DNA of 64,000 nucleotides from a virus (Duplodnaviria; Heunggongvirae; Uroviricota; Caudoviricetes). The notes under the pieces are model-generated. The model was not told the DNA's origin, searched no databases, and saw only the letters and a list, made by a program, of their open reading frames with translations. The DNA lies in IMG/VR virus record IMGVR_UViG_3300012956_000001, positions 153,730-217,729 of that record, one strand, 5' to 3'. Shown piece after piece: positions 48,849-58,182 of the stretch (positions within the stretch are counted from its first letter, which is position 1; each line of letters opens with the position of its first letter). The position numbers and the translations under genes are program-made.

Positions 48849-49792
48849 TGGAAATTAATGCACGTGCATATAACACATTTGAATTACGACCAAACGGACT
48901 AATCAAAAAATCTAGTCCGACCGAACGACTTGCAGATGAAATTGGCTATTATAGAATCGTTCAACGTGACATCAACAAGTCTATATTCTTTCCACGACTT
49001 GTGGCATCGCAAATGGGCAATCCAAATTGGATTCTAATGGAACGGTACGGATACAAAAATCTGGGAGAATATCTCGTGGGCCGTGCCGGCACAGTTCCAG
49101 ACTGGACTGAATTGTACACTCAGTTGGCTATGACACTCAGCCAATTTGAAATGTTTACTGATACCCAACCGGGCAATTCAGCATACATCATTGACATGCT
49201 CATTACAAAGACCGAACGTGAAATGAAGGCGCTTGCTGATGCTCGTCCTGATTTAGCGTCGTTGTTTACACGGGACACCGTTACACTCAATGGTGTGGTA
49301 CTAACAAACTTCCACAAAATCTGGCCGGAAGTGTCCAAGTACATCATGTCGGACATGTTGGAGTATAACAGTTCTATGATTCATGGCGATATGTGCTTTA
49401 GCAATATTCTGTATGAAGATGGCATCATGAAGTTTATTGATCCTCGTGGATCATTTGGCAAAAAGGGCATCTTTGGTGACATTCGATACGATGTGGCAAA
49501 GTTGTATCACTCGGTCGATGGTGGATACGAATTCTTGATTAACGACGAATATGAATTGATCACCGTTGAAGACCAATATACATTGTATTACTCGTGCAAC
49601 AGCATTAAAGCCGCGGCTCAACAAGAGTTTGAAAGTATGTTTTTACGTGGTGCCTTTAACAAGAAGCACATTAAGATCATTGAAGGATGTATCTTTATCG
49701 GTATGGCCGCACGACACTATGATTCAACACTTAGACAAAAAGCCATGTATCTCATTGGCGTTCGTTTACTAAACGAGGCAATGAAACTATGA
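48848..49792 (+). CDS. APH/choline-kinase-family small-molecule kinase (LicA/AmgK-like)
   Basis: Brenner motif IHGDMCFSNIL and FIDPRGSFG...D; start placed at ATG 48848 (TAATG overlap). Confidence 0.65.
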   Translation: MEINARAYNTFELRPNGLIKKSSPTERLADEIGYYRIVQRDINKSIFFPRLVASQMGNPNWILMERYGYKNLGEYLVGRAGTVPDWTELYTQLAMTLSQFEMFTDTQPGNSAYIIDMLITKTEREMKALADARPDLASLFTRDTVTLNGVVLTNFHKIWPEVSKYIMSDMLEYNSSMIHGDMCFSNILYEDGIMKFIDPRGSFGKKGIFGDIRYDVAKLYHSVDGGYEFLINDEYELITVEDQYTLYYSCNSIKAAAQQEFESMFLRGAFNKKHIKIIEGCIFIGMAARHYDSTLRQKAMYLIGVRLLNEAMKL

Positions 49793-50556
49793 ACGTATTA
49801 ATCTTGATGGCCGGTGATGGTAAACGGTTTGTTGATGAAGGCATCAACATGCCAAAGCCATTGATTGAGGTAAATGGAAAGACCATTCTAGAATGGACCA
49901 CTCGTTCTATTCCGTTCATAAATCATGACAATGAAAATCCAGATGGTCTACCATCAAACCGATTGTATTTTGCTATTCGTGAAGAGCATGAGGAACAGGG
50001 CATTAGTGACAGGTTAAAGTCAATTTATGGCGATGATATCAACATCATCACGTTTAAGAAGTTGACTAATGGCAATCTTGAAACCGCATATATGTGTGCA
50101 ACATTAATAGATGAAGATGAACCTCTGCTGGTATTGGATAGCGACAACAAATATAACGATAACAACATACTAGAGACATTTGTTGAGTCGTTGGATTTTG
50201 ATCATAGCATGGTCGTGTCGTACTTTGATCCAATTGATGACAGTTCCAAGTGGGCATTTATATACACAGATGGTGCGGTTGTCAAGAAAATTGTCGAAAA
50301 AGATCCTAAGGCATTAGAACAGGGCGGTCTTCCATTGGTGGGTACATTCTGGTTTAAGACCAATAGACTGTTCTTGGATCTGTCAGAGTATATCATTGCT
50401 AATGGTTTTAAAGTAGGCACGCCTGGGAAGGAAGAATTCTATATGACACAAGTACCAGCATTACATGCTGCCAATGGCGGTGCTGTATTTGCCCACAAGG
50501 TTGATGGCGTGGTGCCGCTTGGTACTCCCGCCGATGTAGCGAAGTTCAGAGTATGA
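49789..50556 (+). CDS. sugar-phosphate nucleotidyltransferase (LicC/MurU-like, GT-A fold)
   Basis: MNVLILMAGDGKRFVDEGINMPKPLIEVNGKTILEW matches N-terminal G-x-G-x-R-x-(n)-K-P-L signature. Confidence 0.7.
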   Translation: MNVLILMAGDGKRFVDEGINMPKPLIEVNGKTILEWTTRSIPFINHDNENPDGLPSNRLYFAIREEHEEQGISDRLKSIYGDDINIITFKKLTNGNLETAYMCATLIDEDEPLLVLDSDNKYNDNNILETFVESLDFDHSMVVSYFDPIDDSSKWAFIYTDGAVVKKIVEKDPKALEQGGLPLVGTFWFKTNRLFLDLSEYIIANGFKVGTPGKEEFYMTQVPALHAANGGAVFAHKVDGVVPLGTPADVAKFRV

Positions 50557-50927
50557 AGCAACTACGACTGTGTTTTGACGTTGATGGAACTATCTGTACC
50601 AATAAAACGGGCGACGAATCTTATGAAGATGTAGTTCCGTTGCCTGGTGCTATAGAATCACTCCAAGCATTAAAAGATCAAGGCCATTACATTATTCTAC
50701 AAACTGCACGGCACATGAAAACCTACGCCGGCAACGAGGGACAAATTCTTGCACAATTTGGATATTTCTACAAGTGGTTAGAAAAATGGAATGTACCATA
50801 TGATGAAATTTACATTGGTAAGCCTCACGCAGATTTATTCATCGACGACAAAGGCAGACAACATTTAGATTGGTCACAAACATCAACTCTCATAGAAACA
50901 TTTGGAAGGTCACATGACAACGGTTAA
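50553..50927 (+). CDS. HAD-superfamily phosphatase
   Basis: CFDVDGTICT (DxDGT) motif I; small cap-less 124 aa. Confidence 0.55.
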   Translation: MKQLRLCFDVDGTICTNKTGDESYEDVVPLPGAIESLQALKDQGHYIILQTARHMKTYAGNEGQILAQFGYFYKWLEKWNVPYDEIYIGKPHADLFIDDKGRQHLDWSQTSTLIETFGRSHDNG

Positions 50928-51771
50928 GCAAACTCCACTATTCTTTTTTGACACAGCAGATCTAGATGTAATCCAAAACGTATGGGATAGATTGGGACCA
51001 TACGTTCCAGACGAAGCAATGGCCGGCATCACCACCAATCCAAGTGCATTGGCAAAGGTCAACTGTGATGATCTTGACAAGTTTGAAACACTTACATACA
51101 AGTTGGCTCGATTTGTAAGCAGCGTACGCAAGAATGATATCAATTTTGAAACTGGTACGGTACACGTTCAATTGCCAAGTTCCACGGCAACAGAAGCTGA
51201 GTTGGTGGCATGGACCAACTACGTTAAGGATCTCGGCGACGGCCGGTGTCATATTGCTATGAAAATTCCACCGTACAAGCATATTCTGGACATTGTAAGT
51301 GCACGTAGCCTAGAAGAAAAGGTACAGATCAATGTCACTGGTACCTCAGACGCGGCCACGGCCCTACGGTGTTTCAGCTATCCACAGGTTTCGTATGTAA
51401 GCATCATTCCAGGCAGAATGGAAGAAGTGGGCATTGATGCAACCAAGCACCTAAATTTGGTACATCAACGTTACAAGGCCTTCGCCGGTGAACAGTATGT
51501 AATTGCTGGTTCCATGCGAACGGTTGATGGATTAAAGCGATCCATTGCTGCTGGTTGTGTACCAACCATTGGTCAACGTGTGTGGGATGCTATGACCGAT
51601 CAAGACTATAAAGAATTTGCATCGTGGTGGTCCACCATCACACCGACCAGTTCGTACATTGATGATATTCCTCAGATTGATCAAACTAACATTGATCTAA
51701 CAGATGCTTTCTTCAAGCAAATGGACGAGTTGGGCCAGCCACTCTACAAGGCATTTGCCGCAACAGTATGA
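50914..51771 (+). CDS. transaldolase / fructose-6-phosphate aldolase family protein
   Basis: FFFDTADLDVIQ and GITTNPSAL are transaldolase-family signatures. Confidence 0.65.
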   Translation: MTTVKQTPLFFFDTADLDVIQNVWDRLGPYVPDEAMAGITTNPSALAKVNCDDLDKFETLTYKLARFVSSVRKNDINFETGTVHVQLPSSTATEAELVAWTNYVKDLGDGRCHIAMKIPPYKHILDIVSARSLEEKVQINVTGTSDAATALRCFSYPQVSYVSIIPGRMEEVGIDATKHLNLVHQRYKAFAGEQYVIAGSMRTVDGLKRSIAAGCVPTIGQRVWDAMTDQDYKEFASWWSTITPTSSYIDDIPQIDQTNIDLTDAFFKQMDELGQPLYKAFAATV

Positions 51772-52505
51772 AAATTGCTCTGTGCATGAGTGGTCATGCT
51801 AGAACCTACGCACAGACATTTGAAACGTGGCGTGATAATCTCCTGGCACACCACGATGTTGATGTATTTTTTCATGTGTGGGATACACTCGGACCAAGAA
51901 CATATGGCAGAGGAGCCCCGGGCCACTCAGGCATAGAACAAAGTGAATTACTAAATTTAGATCACTTAATTAACATATGGCATCCTACACTTGCCATCAT
52001 GGACAAGTATGTATATTTTCATCAACACTTTGATACAAAGTCTGCCAAGTGGTATCGTACCAGAGAAGCATTAGGATTACGAGACATTGATCGACCACTA
52101 GGCAATATGTCAATGTATTACAAGTGGCGTGAGTGTAACAACCTTCGACTCCGCCATGCAGAACAACATAACATCACCTACGATATGGTCATTCGGTCGA
52201 GGCCGGACATAGCATTGCGGGAACAGTTGCCAGCAGAATGTTTTCATAATAATTCGGTTACCTATATTCCTATTGCTGGGTCTTGGGCAGAAAACGAAAT
52301 TAGTGATTACATCACACTCGGCACATCCGAACAGTTAAATCACTGGTGTAGCATATACGATCAGCTGGACGAAAAGTATACTTCAGCATTAGAAAGCAAC
52401 GACTTTACAAAAGCGTTATATCCACACAAATTGTTCTACCATCACTTTGTCGATCATAACCAACCATTTAAACAGGTTCCTATTAATTGTGAGATCATTA
52501 GATGA
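51768..52505 (+). CDS. hypothetical protein, tandem paralog A
   Basis: MKIALCMSGHARTY...TF...DVFFHVWD parallels next gene. Confidence 0.4.
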   Translation: MKIALCMSGHARTYAQTFETWRDNLLAHHDVDVFFHVWDTLGPRTYGRGAPGHSGIEQSELLNLDHLINIWHPTLAIMDKYVYFHQHFDTKSAKWYRTREALGLRDIDRPLGNMSMYYKWRECNNLRLRHAEQHNITYDMVIRSRPDIALREQLPAECFHNNSVTYIPIAGSWAENEISDYITLGTSEQLNHWCSIYDQLDEKYTSALESNDFTKALYPHKLFYHHFVDHNQPFKQVPINCEIIR

Positions 52506-53224
52506 AAACTGCACTAATCCTTAGCGGACAGCCACGCTCTGTAGAAAAGACATTCCCACTTATCAAACAACACATTCTCGACATTAACCAGCCGGATGTA
52601 TTCATTCATACCTGGCGAGATGATAGATTGTGTGGCCGGTCACCTGTGTCATCCGGTGGTGTGGTGGCATCTGATCCCATTCCAGAAAACATCAACGAAA
52701 TTATCTTAAACTTGTATAATCCTGTTGCAATTAAAATTGAACGGCCGATTGAGTTTAATGAGTTCAATTTCAATGATAACAAATATCCACAGATTAAACC
52801 GAAGAATTCCCTTAGCCAGAGATATTCTGTTCGGGAGTCATTCAAGTTGTTACTAGATCACGCTGCATGGACCGACACAACTTATGATTATGTCATTCGT
52901 ATGCGGTTTGATTGGGCGATTCAAATGGACATAGATGTAACTACATTGCCAACGGACACAATCACCACACCTAACGACTGTCCACATCAAGGTGGATTGA
53001 ATGATCAATTTGCTGTGGCTCCACAACACTTAATGTTGCACTATGTTCAACTATTTGATCAAATTCCAAGATTATTTTCGTATGGTGTGCCGTTTTGTGA
53101 TGAAATTCTTCTTGGGGAACATCTACGAAGTGCCAATATTGTAGCAAATGCCATACCGATACCATATACAATTCAGCGTTCGTCAACAGGCGTTACCAAC
53201 ATTCTACATACGGATGTAATATGA
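52502..53224 (+). CDS. hypothetical protein, tandem paralog B
   Basis: MKTALILSGQPRSV...TF...DVFIHTWRD. Confidence 0.4.
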   Translation: MKTALILSGQPRSVEKTFPLIKQHILDINQPDVFIHTWRDDRLCGRSPVSSGGVVASDPIPENINEIILNLYNPVAIKIERPIEFNEFNFNDNKYPQIKPKNSLSQRYSVRESFKLLLDHAAWTDTTYDYVIRMRFDWAIQMDIDVTTLPTDTITTPNDCPHQGGLNDQFAVAPQHLMLHYVQLFDQIPRLFSYGVPFCDEILLGEHLRSANIVANAIPIPYTIQRSSTGVTNILHTDVI

Positions 53225-53952
53225 TTAAGTTGGTCGATACAAAGGACAAATACACGAATGATCAGGCGGCCAAGCAACAATTGGCTGATCTGTTTGGTGA
53301 CACCACAAAGTATACTCTAGAGTTTGATCCATTTTGGAATGAGATGGTACCTCAAGCGATCAAGATGCACAATCGTCATGGTATGGGTGAATATGCCGGA
53401 TCGGGCTGTGTGGACTATAACGAGGCTAAGGCACTATACATTTTTACTCGGCTATTGCGTCCAAAGATTGTTGTAGAACTCGGGTATGCGGGAGGCATAT
53501 CCACCAGTTTTATTGCACGTGGATTAGAAATGAATGGTGCCGGCCAAGTTCACACCGTTGATCTATCGCCAGAATACTGGGATGTATGTCCCACGTTTCA
53601 ACAGTATCGTAAACAAGAAACGATTGTACAGTATCATGCTACTGATGCTATTCAATTCTTGAAAGACACCGACGTAGCCCCGATCCTAACGTTTAGTGAT
53701 GCCACTCACGAAGAAGAACCCACTCGACAAATTGCTGAATTACTAAAAAAGAAGTGGCCTCATGCCGTACACTTATATCACGAATGGGGTATGAGTAATA
53801 AAAGTGCTGCAGAAGAACGATCCTATGTCAGCATGCAAAATTTAATTGGTACACAATATGAACGTGATGCCTTTGAGAGTGTATTTGGCGATCAATATAG
53901 ACACGGTGGATTGTATGGGTCGTGTGGCCTTGGAATTGTGATGCCTCTATGA
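53221..53952 (+). CDS. class I SAM-dependent methyltransferase (Methyltransf_24/TylF-CmcI-like)
   Basis: IVVELGYAGGIST glycine-rich SAM loop, acidic residue downstream (HTVDLS). Confidence 0.55.
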   Translation: MIKLVDTKDKYTNDQAAKQQLADLFGDTTKYTLEFDPFWNEMVPQAIKMHNRHGMGEYAGSGCVDYNEAKALYIFTRLLRPKIVVELGYAGGISTSFIARGLEMNGAGQVHTVDLSPEYWDVCPTFQQYRKQETIVQYHATDAIQFLKDTDVAPILTFSDATHEEEPTRQIAELLKKKWPHAVHLYHEWGMSNKSAAEERSYVSMQNLIGTQYERDAFESVFGDQYRHGGLYGSCGLGIVMPL

Positions 53953-54314
53953 TAATAACAAGCATTGATCCGACCGAGATAAAATCATACGCAAAGTCGT
54001 ATATAAGTGAGGTGGCGGCCACGTATTTTGAAATTCGAAAGTCGTGGGGCCCTGGCTGGAAAGTGTTCGAATCGCCCGAGGACATAGAACGTATCATATA
54101 TTATCTTATAGATAGATGTTGTGAAACACCGACTGGCAATACCATTGACACTACCGGCATAAAAGTACGTGTCCAACGAGCAATATTTACAGAAGACGCC
54201 CGTGTACACTATGACTCGAAATATCCAAAACATAGTCGTGCAGCAAACGGTAAGGGACTACAAGATTATACCAGTTTGGATATAACCTTCATTCTATCGG
54301 ATCGTACTAAGTAA
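53949..54314 (+). CDS. hypothetical protein
   Basis: ATGA overlap at 53949. Confidence 0.3.
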   Translation: MIITSIDPTEIKSYAKSYISEVAATYFEIRKSWGPGWKVFESPEDIERIIYYLIDRCCETPTGNTIDTTGIKVRVQRAIFTEDARVHYDSKYPKHSRAANGKGLQDYTSLDITFILSDRTK

Positions 54315-54354
54315 AATGTATACATCTTAACACATCTAGATTTTGTACCTCAAT

Positions 54355-54403
54355 CCGGTTAGATTTATCACGTTCCTTGTAGGACGTTTCCAAATCTAAC
54401 CGG
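54355..54403 (+). repeat. 12-bp perfect inverted repeat CCGGTTAGATTT / AAATCTAACCGG with 25-nt spacer
   Basis: seen directly upstream of SPFH lipoprotein gene. Confidence 0.55.
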
Positions 54404-54415
54404 AGTTTTTATACA

Positions 54416-55249
54416 ATGAAGTTCACACGATTTGTTCCTCTTATTGCTCTTTTGACCCTCGCGGCCTGTGAGCGGGTCGATCAGACCGAATATTGTGTAA
54501 AGACACAATACGGCAACGTCACCGATAAGGGCTTGGAGCCCGGATTGACCAATACGGCGTCTCCCGGTGTCTCGCTGACCTGTTTCTCCCTAACGGATCA
54601 AAACTTCCCTGAGAAGACGAGCGATGAAGATCCGGGCACATTGACCCTCGAAGTCCAGACGGGCGGCGGCGAACAGCCACTAACCATTGCGGTCGAAGTC
54701 AGCGCAGTATATGCATTTGATCGTGCCTCGGTCTATGATGTATTCGTTGCCAAGCGTACCGAAGATGCTGCTGAAGTAGAAGTCTTTAACAGCATTCAGG
54801 AAGGTACTCGTGCGGCCTTCGGATCGTGGACGGTTACGGAAATCTTCTCCGATCAGCGTGCCACATTGTCGGACAGCCTTCGGGCCCACATTCAACGAAA
54901 GCTTGGCAATCGTGCGATTATGAAGAACGTGTTCGTGAAGCGAATTTCCTTGCCTAAGGCCATTGAAGATGCACGAATTGCATCGGCACAACAGGCACAG
55001 ATTTTGGCGAAGGCACAACAGCAATTTGTAATTGACAGTCAGAATGCCCGTGGTGTTCTTATGAAGGCCGAGGCCGACGCCAAGGCAAACGAACTTCGTG
55101 GTCAGTCATACCAGTCAAATCCCAAGTTGCTTGACCTTGAAATCGCCAAGGCGTGGTCCGATGGATTGAAGGGTGCATGTAATGGCGCATCAACTTGTAT
55201 CATCGGTGGCCAGGCACTTGATCTCCTTCCTCTCCGAAATCGTCAATAA
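54416..55249 (+). CDS. SPFH/band-7 (stomatin-prohibitin-HflK/C-like) lipoprotein
   Basis: signal peptide with lipobox LTLAAC; Ala/Gln-rich coiled coil ...AKAQQQFVIDSQNARGVLMKAEADAKANELRGQ typical of SPFH C-terminus; GC clearly above window average. Confidence 0.7.
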   Translation: MKFTRFVPLIALLTLAACERVDQTEYCVKTQYGNVTDKGLEPGLTNTASPGVSLTCFSLTDQNFPEKTSDEDPGTLTLEVQTGGGEQPLTIAVEVSAVYAFDRASVYDVFVAKRTEDAAEVEVFNSIQEGTRAAFGSWTVTEIFSDQRATLSDSLRAHIQRKLGNRAIMKNVFVKRISLPKAIEDARIASAQQAQILAKAQQQFVIDSQNARGVLMKAEADAKANELRGQSYQSNPKLLDLEIAKAWSDGLKGACNGASTCIIGGQALDLLPLRNRQ

Positions 55250-55261
55250 TTAACGTGGAAT

Positions 55262-55284
55262 GGGGTGAGCTAATAACTCACCCC
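55262..55284 (+). terminator. hairpin GGGGTGAG-N7-CTCACCCC
   Basis: 8-bp G/C-rich stem after SPFH stop. Confidence 0.5.
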
Positions 55285-55292
55285 AACTCATA

Positions 55293-55601
55293 ATGTATAT
55301 ACTTAATGGATTTGGCGTATGGGTTGTTTTGTTGTTTGTAATATTGATGGTACTCAAGTTTGGCGGTCATGTAGTCAATGATAAAGAAAACTGGGCAGTC
55401 GGCGCAGCCGATTTGGCAGCTGAGTTTAGAGAGGCACCAATTCACACCATCGGCATTTTTGGAATTGTTAGTGTTATCGTTATTGGTGCATGGCCGATCA
55501 TTCTTACCGTAATGGCATTGGCCTTCGCGGCATTTCTCATTGGCGGGGTTCCATACATTGTATTTACCCGTACTATATCAACGCCTAAGCAGGAGAAGTA
55601 A
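55293..55601 (+). CDS. small integral membrane protein (3 predicted TM segments)
   Basis: hydrophobic stretches VWVVLLFVILMVL, IGIFGIVSVIVIGAWPIILTVMALAFAAFLIGG. Confidence 0.4.
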   Translation: MYILNGFGVWVVLLFVILMVLKFGGHVVNDKENWAVGAADLAAEFREAPIHTIGIFGIVSVIVIGAWPIILTVMALAFAAFLIGGVPYIVFTRTISTPKQEK

Positions 55602-55603
55602 TC

Positions 55604-55810
55604 ATGGTTATTTTCGCTGAACTATTTTTGTTTGCTATGGTTCTTTTTGGCGTCTTTCGGTTCTTGAAGAATGAAATTGAAATCAAGGTTCTTCGAGCAA
55701 AGAATGCCAAGCTTGAAGAGGATGTCATTGAACTTCAAAAGATTCTTCTTCAAGATGAAGTTGACGAATTTGGCAAGGCGCCAAGGGGCAAGCAAATTCT
55801 TCATGGATGA
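55604..55810 (+). CDS. single-pass membrane protein with coiled-coil tail
   Basis: MVIFAELFLFAMVLFGVF then KNEIEIKVLRAKNAKLEEDVIELQK. Confidence 0.4.
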   Translation: MVIFAELFLFAMVLFGVFRFLKNEIEIKVLRAKNAKLEEDVIELQKILLQDEVDEFGKAPRGKQILHG

Positions 55811-55813
55811 CAT

Positions 55814-56353
55814 ATGACACAACAGAACTATGATGAATTGTACGCTCAATTAACATCACACCCGACTGTAGGTGAGACAGGGCCGCCGCATGCAGAATTT
55901 CTTATGCATGCGGCGAGACAGTCAAATGCAAAAGTCATTGTTGAAATTGGGTTCAATCGAGGCAGTTCAGCTTTATCGTTACTTATGTCGAGTGATGACT
56001 GCGTGGTGTATTCGGTGGATATTCGTACACCAGAAGAAGTTCGGGCATCGTGTGATTTCTTGACTGCACAATTTCCAAATCGATTTCACTACATCCACGG
56101 TAACAGTAGAGAATTATTGTCGTTGTTGCCCATTAGTAATGCTGATCTTGTATTCATTGACGGGGATCATTCGTATGATGGTGTGCGAAATGACGTTGAA
56201 CAATCCTTACAACTAAATCCTCGATGTATCGTATTTGATGATTATTATCACGGGTCACACCGACATGATATTCAACGGGTCATTGACGAATTTCAGTTAG
56301 TTGTAGCAGAAACAAGTGATATTGGATGTGGGCAGGCGTTTGTCAATCGATAG
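55814..56353 (+). CDS. class I SAM-dependent O-methyltransferase-like protein
   Basis: VIVEIGFNRGSS glycine loop, DLVFIDGDHSYD motif. Confidence 0.6.
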   Translation: MTQQNYDELYAQLTSHPTVGETGPPHAEFLMHAARQSNAKVIVEIGFNRGSSALSLLMSSDDCVVYSVDIRTPEEVRASCDFLTAQFPNRFHYIHGNSRELLSLLPISNADLVFIDGDHSYDGVRNDVEQSLQLNPRCIVFDDYYHGSHRHDIQRVIDEFQLVVAETSDIGCGQAFVNR

Positions 56354-56422
56354 TCCATTTCTACTATTTTATGATACTACTTATTAGTGGTGTTACTGGT
56401 CATAGTTTAGTGGAGAAACATC

Positions 56423-57169
56423 GTGGGACAAAAGCCAGCAGAAATAATATATGGAATATGTGAATTGTGTAGGGTCCAATTTGCATATCCAGACAAGACA
56501 ATAAATAAGAACCGAAGATTTTGTTCCGGTTTTTGTGCTAAATCACACAATGGTTTATCTAATAAAGGACGAGAGAGAACCAATGAATGGAAGTTGTGGG
56601 CAAAACAATATTTTTTAGGTGAGAATAATCCGTTCTATGGCAAGACACACACATCAGAATCAATTTCACGGATGTCACAAGCAAGTAAAGGCCGTCCATG
56701 TAAACCGGAAGTGAAACAATTTTTCTCCGATTTGTATTCCGGTGAGGGCAATCCATTTTATGGAAAGACACATTCCGAGCAGACTCTCTTAAAAATAAAA
56801 CAGCATGCTAACTCGGAGCAGGGTCGTAGAATTAGAAGAAACAACGCCATAAAGAAAAATCAATTCACACCAAATTATAGTAAAGATGCGTGTGAGTTGT
56901 TTGATGAAATCAATCGTGAACTTAGTTGGAATGGACAACATGCAGAAAACGGTGGCGAGTTTTTTATCAAAGAGTTAGGCTACTGGGTGGATTACTACGA
57001 GCCAAATCTTAATATTGTGATTGAATACGATGATAAATCGCATAACTTGAAGTCAAAGAAAGAACGAGATGCAAGAAGACAACAAGAAATTGAACAACAT
57101 CTCGGTTGTAAATTTTATAGAATCCCATTTAATAGGAAGGCAGGATGGAAAAAAATTATACAGTCCTAG
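56423..57169 (+). CDS. homing endonuclease-like protein: Zn finger + two NUMOD3 repeats + C-terminal Vsr/DUF559-like PD-(D/E)xK domain
   Basis: NNPFYGKTHTSESISRMS and GNPFYGKTHSEQTLLKIK (NUMOD3); C-term NIVIEYDDKSHN...ERDARRQQEIEQHLGCKFYRIP; GTG start after GGAGAAA. Confidence 0.6.
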   Translation: MGQKPAEIIYGICELCRVQFAYPDKTINKNRRFCSGFCAKSHNGLSNKGRERTNEWKLWAKQYFLGENNPFYGKTHTSESISRMSQASKGRPCKPEVKQFFSDLYSGEGNPFYGKTHSEQTLLKIKQHANSEQGRRIRRNNAIKKNQFTPNYSKDACELFDEINRELSWNGQHAENGGEFFIKELGYWVDYYEPNLNIVIEYDDKSHNLKSKKERDARRQQEIEQHLGCKFYRIPFNRKAGWKKIIQS

Positions 57170-58182
57170 TGACTGGCGCAGCAGGGCTATTGGGTTCTAG
57201 ATTAGCTGAATATTTGATAGCTACCAAACAAAATGTAACGGTGGTTGGCGTAGACGATCTATCCGGTGGATTTGTTGAGAACATACATCCATCGGTAATA
57301 TTTCATCAACACGATGTTGGTGATCCAGAAAGCCTAGATAAGTTGTTTGCCACACATAAATTTGATGTCGTCTATCACTTTGCTGCGTATGCTGCAGAAG
57401 CATTAAGTCCTTTTATTCGACAATTCAATTATACCAACAACTTACTCAATACGGCCAATGTCGTCAACTTGTGTATCAAGTATGATGTTGGCCGTTTGGT
57501 GTTTACATCAAGCATGGCGGTCTATGGAACAGGCATCCCACCATTTGACGAGTCACAACCACGTAATCCAGTTGATCCATACGGTGTCGCCAAGGCGGCC
57601 TGTGAAATGGATATTGAGATTGCCGGTGAACAACACGGACTAGATTACTGTATCATCCGACCACACAACGTATACGGTCGTAATCAAAATCTGTGGGACT
57701 CGTATCGTAATGTGTTGGGCATTTGGATGTACAAGCATATGAACGGTGATCCACTTACCATATTTGGTGATGGTGAACAGCTCAGAGCATTTAGCGAGAT
57801 GAACGATGTGCTTGAACCGTTCTGGGTTGCAGGCACAGACGAGAAGGCATCTAGACAGATCATCAATCTCGGCGGTATCCATGAAACAAGCATTAAGGAT
57901 GCGGCAAATATTCTGACTGATGTAATGGGTGGTGGCACGATCATTCATCTTCCACCACGACACGAAGTAAAGTACGCATATCCAACGTGGAAGAAGTCTG
58001 TTGAATTGTTGGGCTTTGAGCATAAGACTTCATTACATCATGGATTGTCTAATATGTGGTCATGGGCACAACAACAGCCAAAGAGAGAACGATTTATCTG
58101 GTCGAAGTATGAACTGGATAAAGGCATGTATGATTATTGGAAACCAGAAGCTCTGAAAGACGGGCATTGGAGAACATCATGA
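57145..58182 (+). CDS. NAD-dependent nucleotide-sugar epimerase/dehydratase (extended SDR)
   Basis: VLVTGAAGLLGS (GxxGxxG), YGVAKAACE (YxxxK). Confidence 0.8.
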   Translation: MEKNYTVLVTGAAGLLGSRLAEYLIATKQNVTVVGVDDLSGGFVENIHPSVIFHQHDVGDPESLDKLFATHKFDVVYHFAAYAAEALSPFIRQFNYTNNLLNTANVVNLCIKYDVGRLVFTSSMAVYGTGIPPFDESQPRNPVDPYGVAKAACEMDIEIAGEQHGLDYCIIRPHNVYGRNQNLWDSYRNVLGIWMYKHMNGDPLTIFGDGEQLRAFSEMNDVLEPFWVAGTDEKASRQIINLGGIHETSIKDAANILTDVMGGGTIIHLPPRHEVKYAYPTWKKSVELLGFEHKTSLHHGLSNMWSWAQQQPKRERFIWSKYELDKGMYDYWKPEALKDGHWRTS

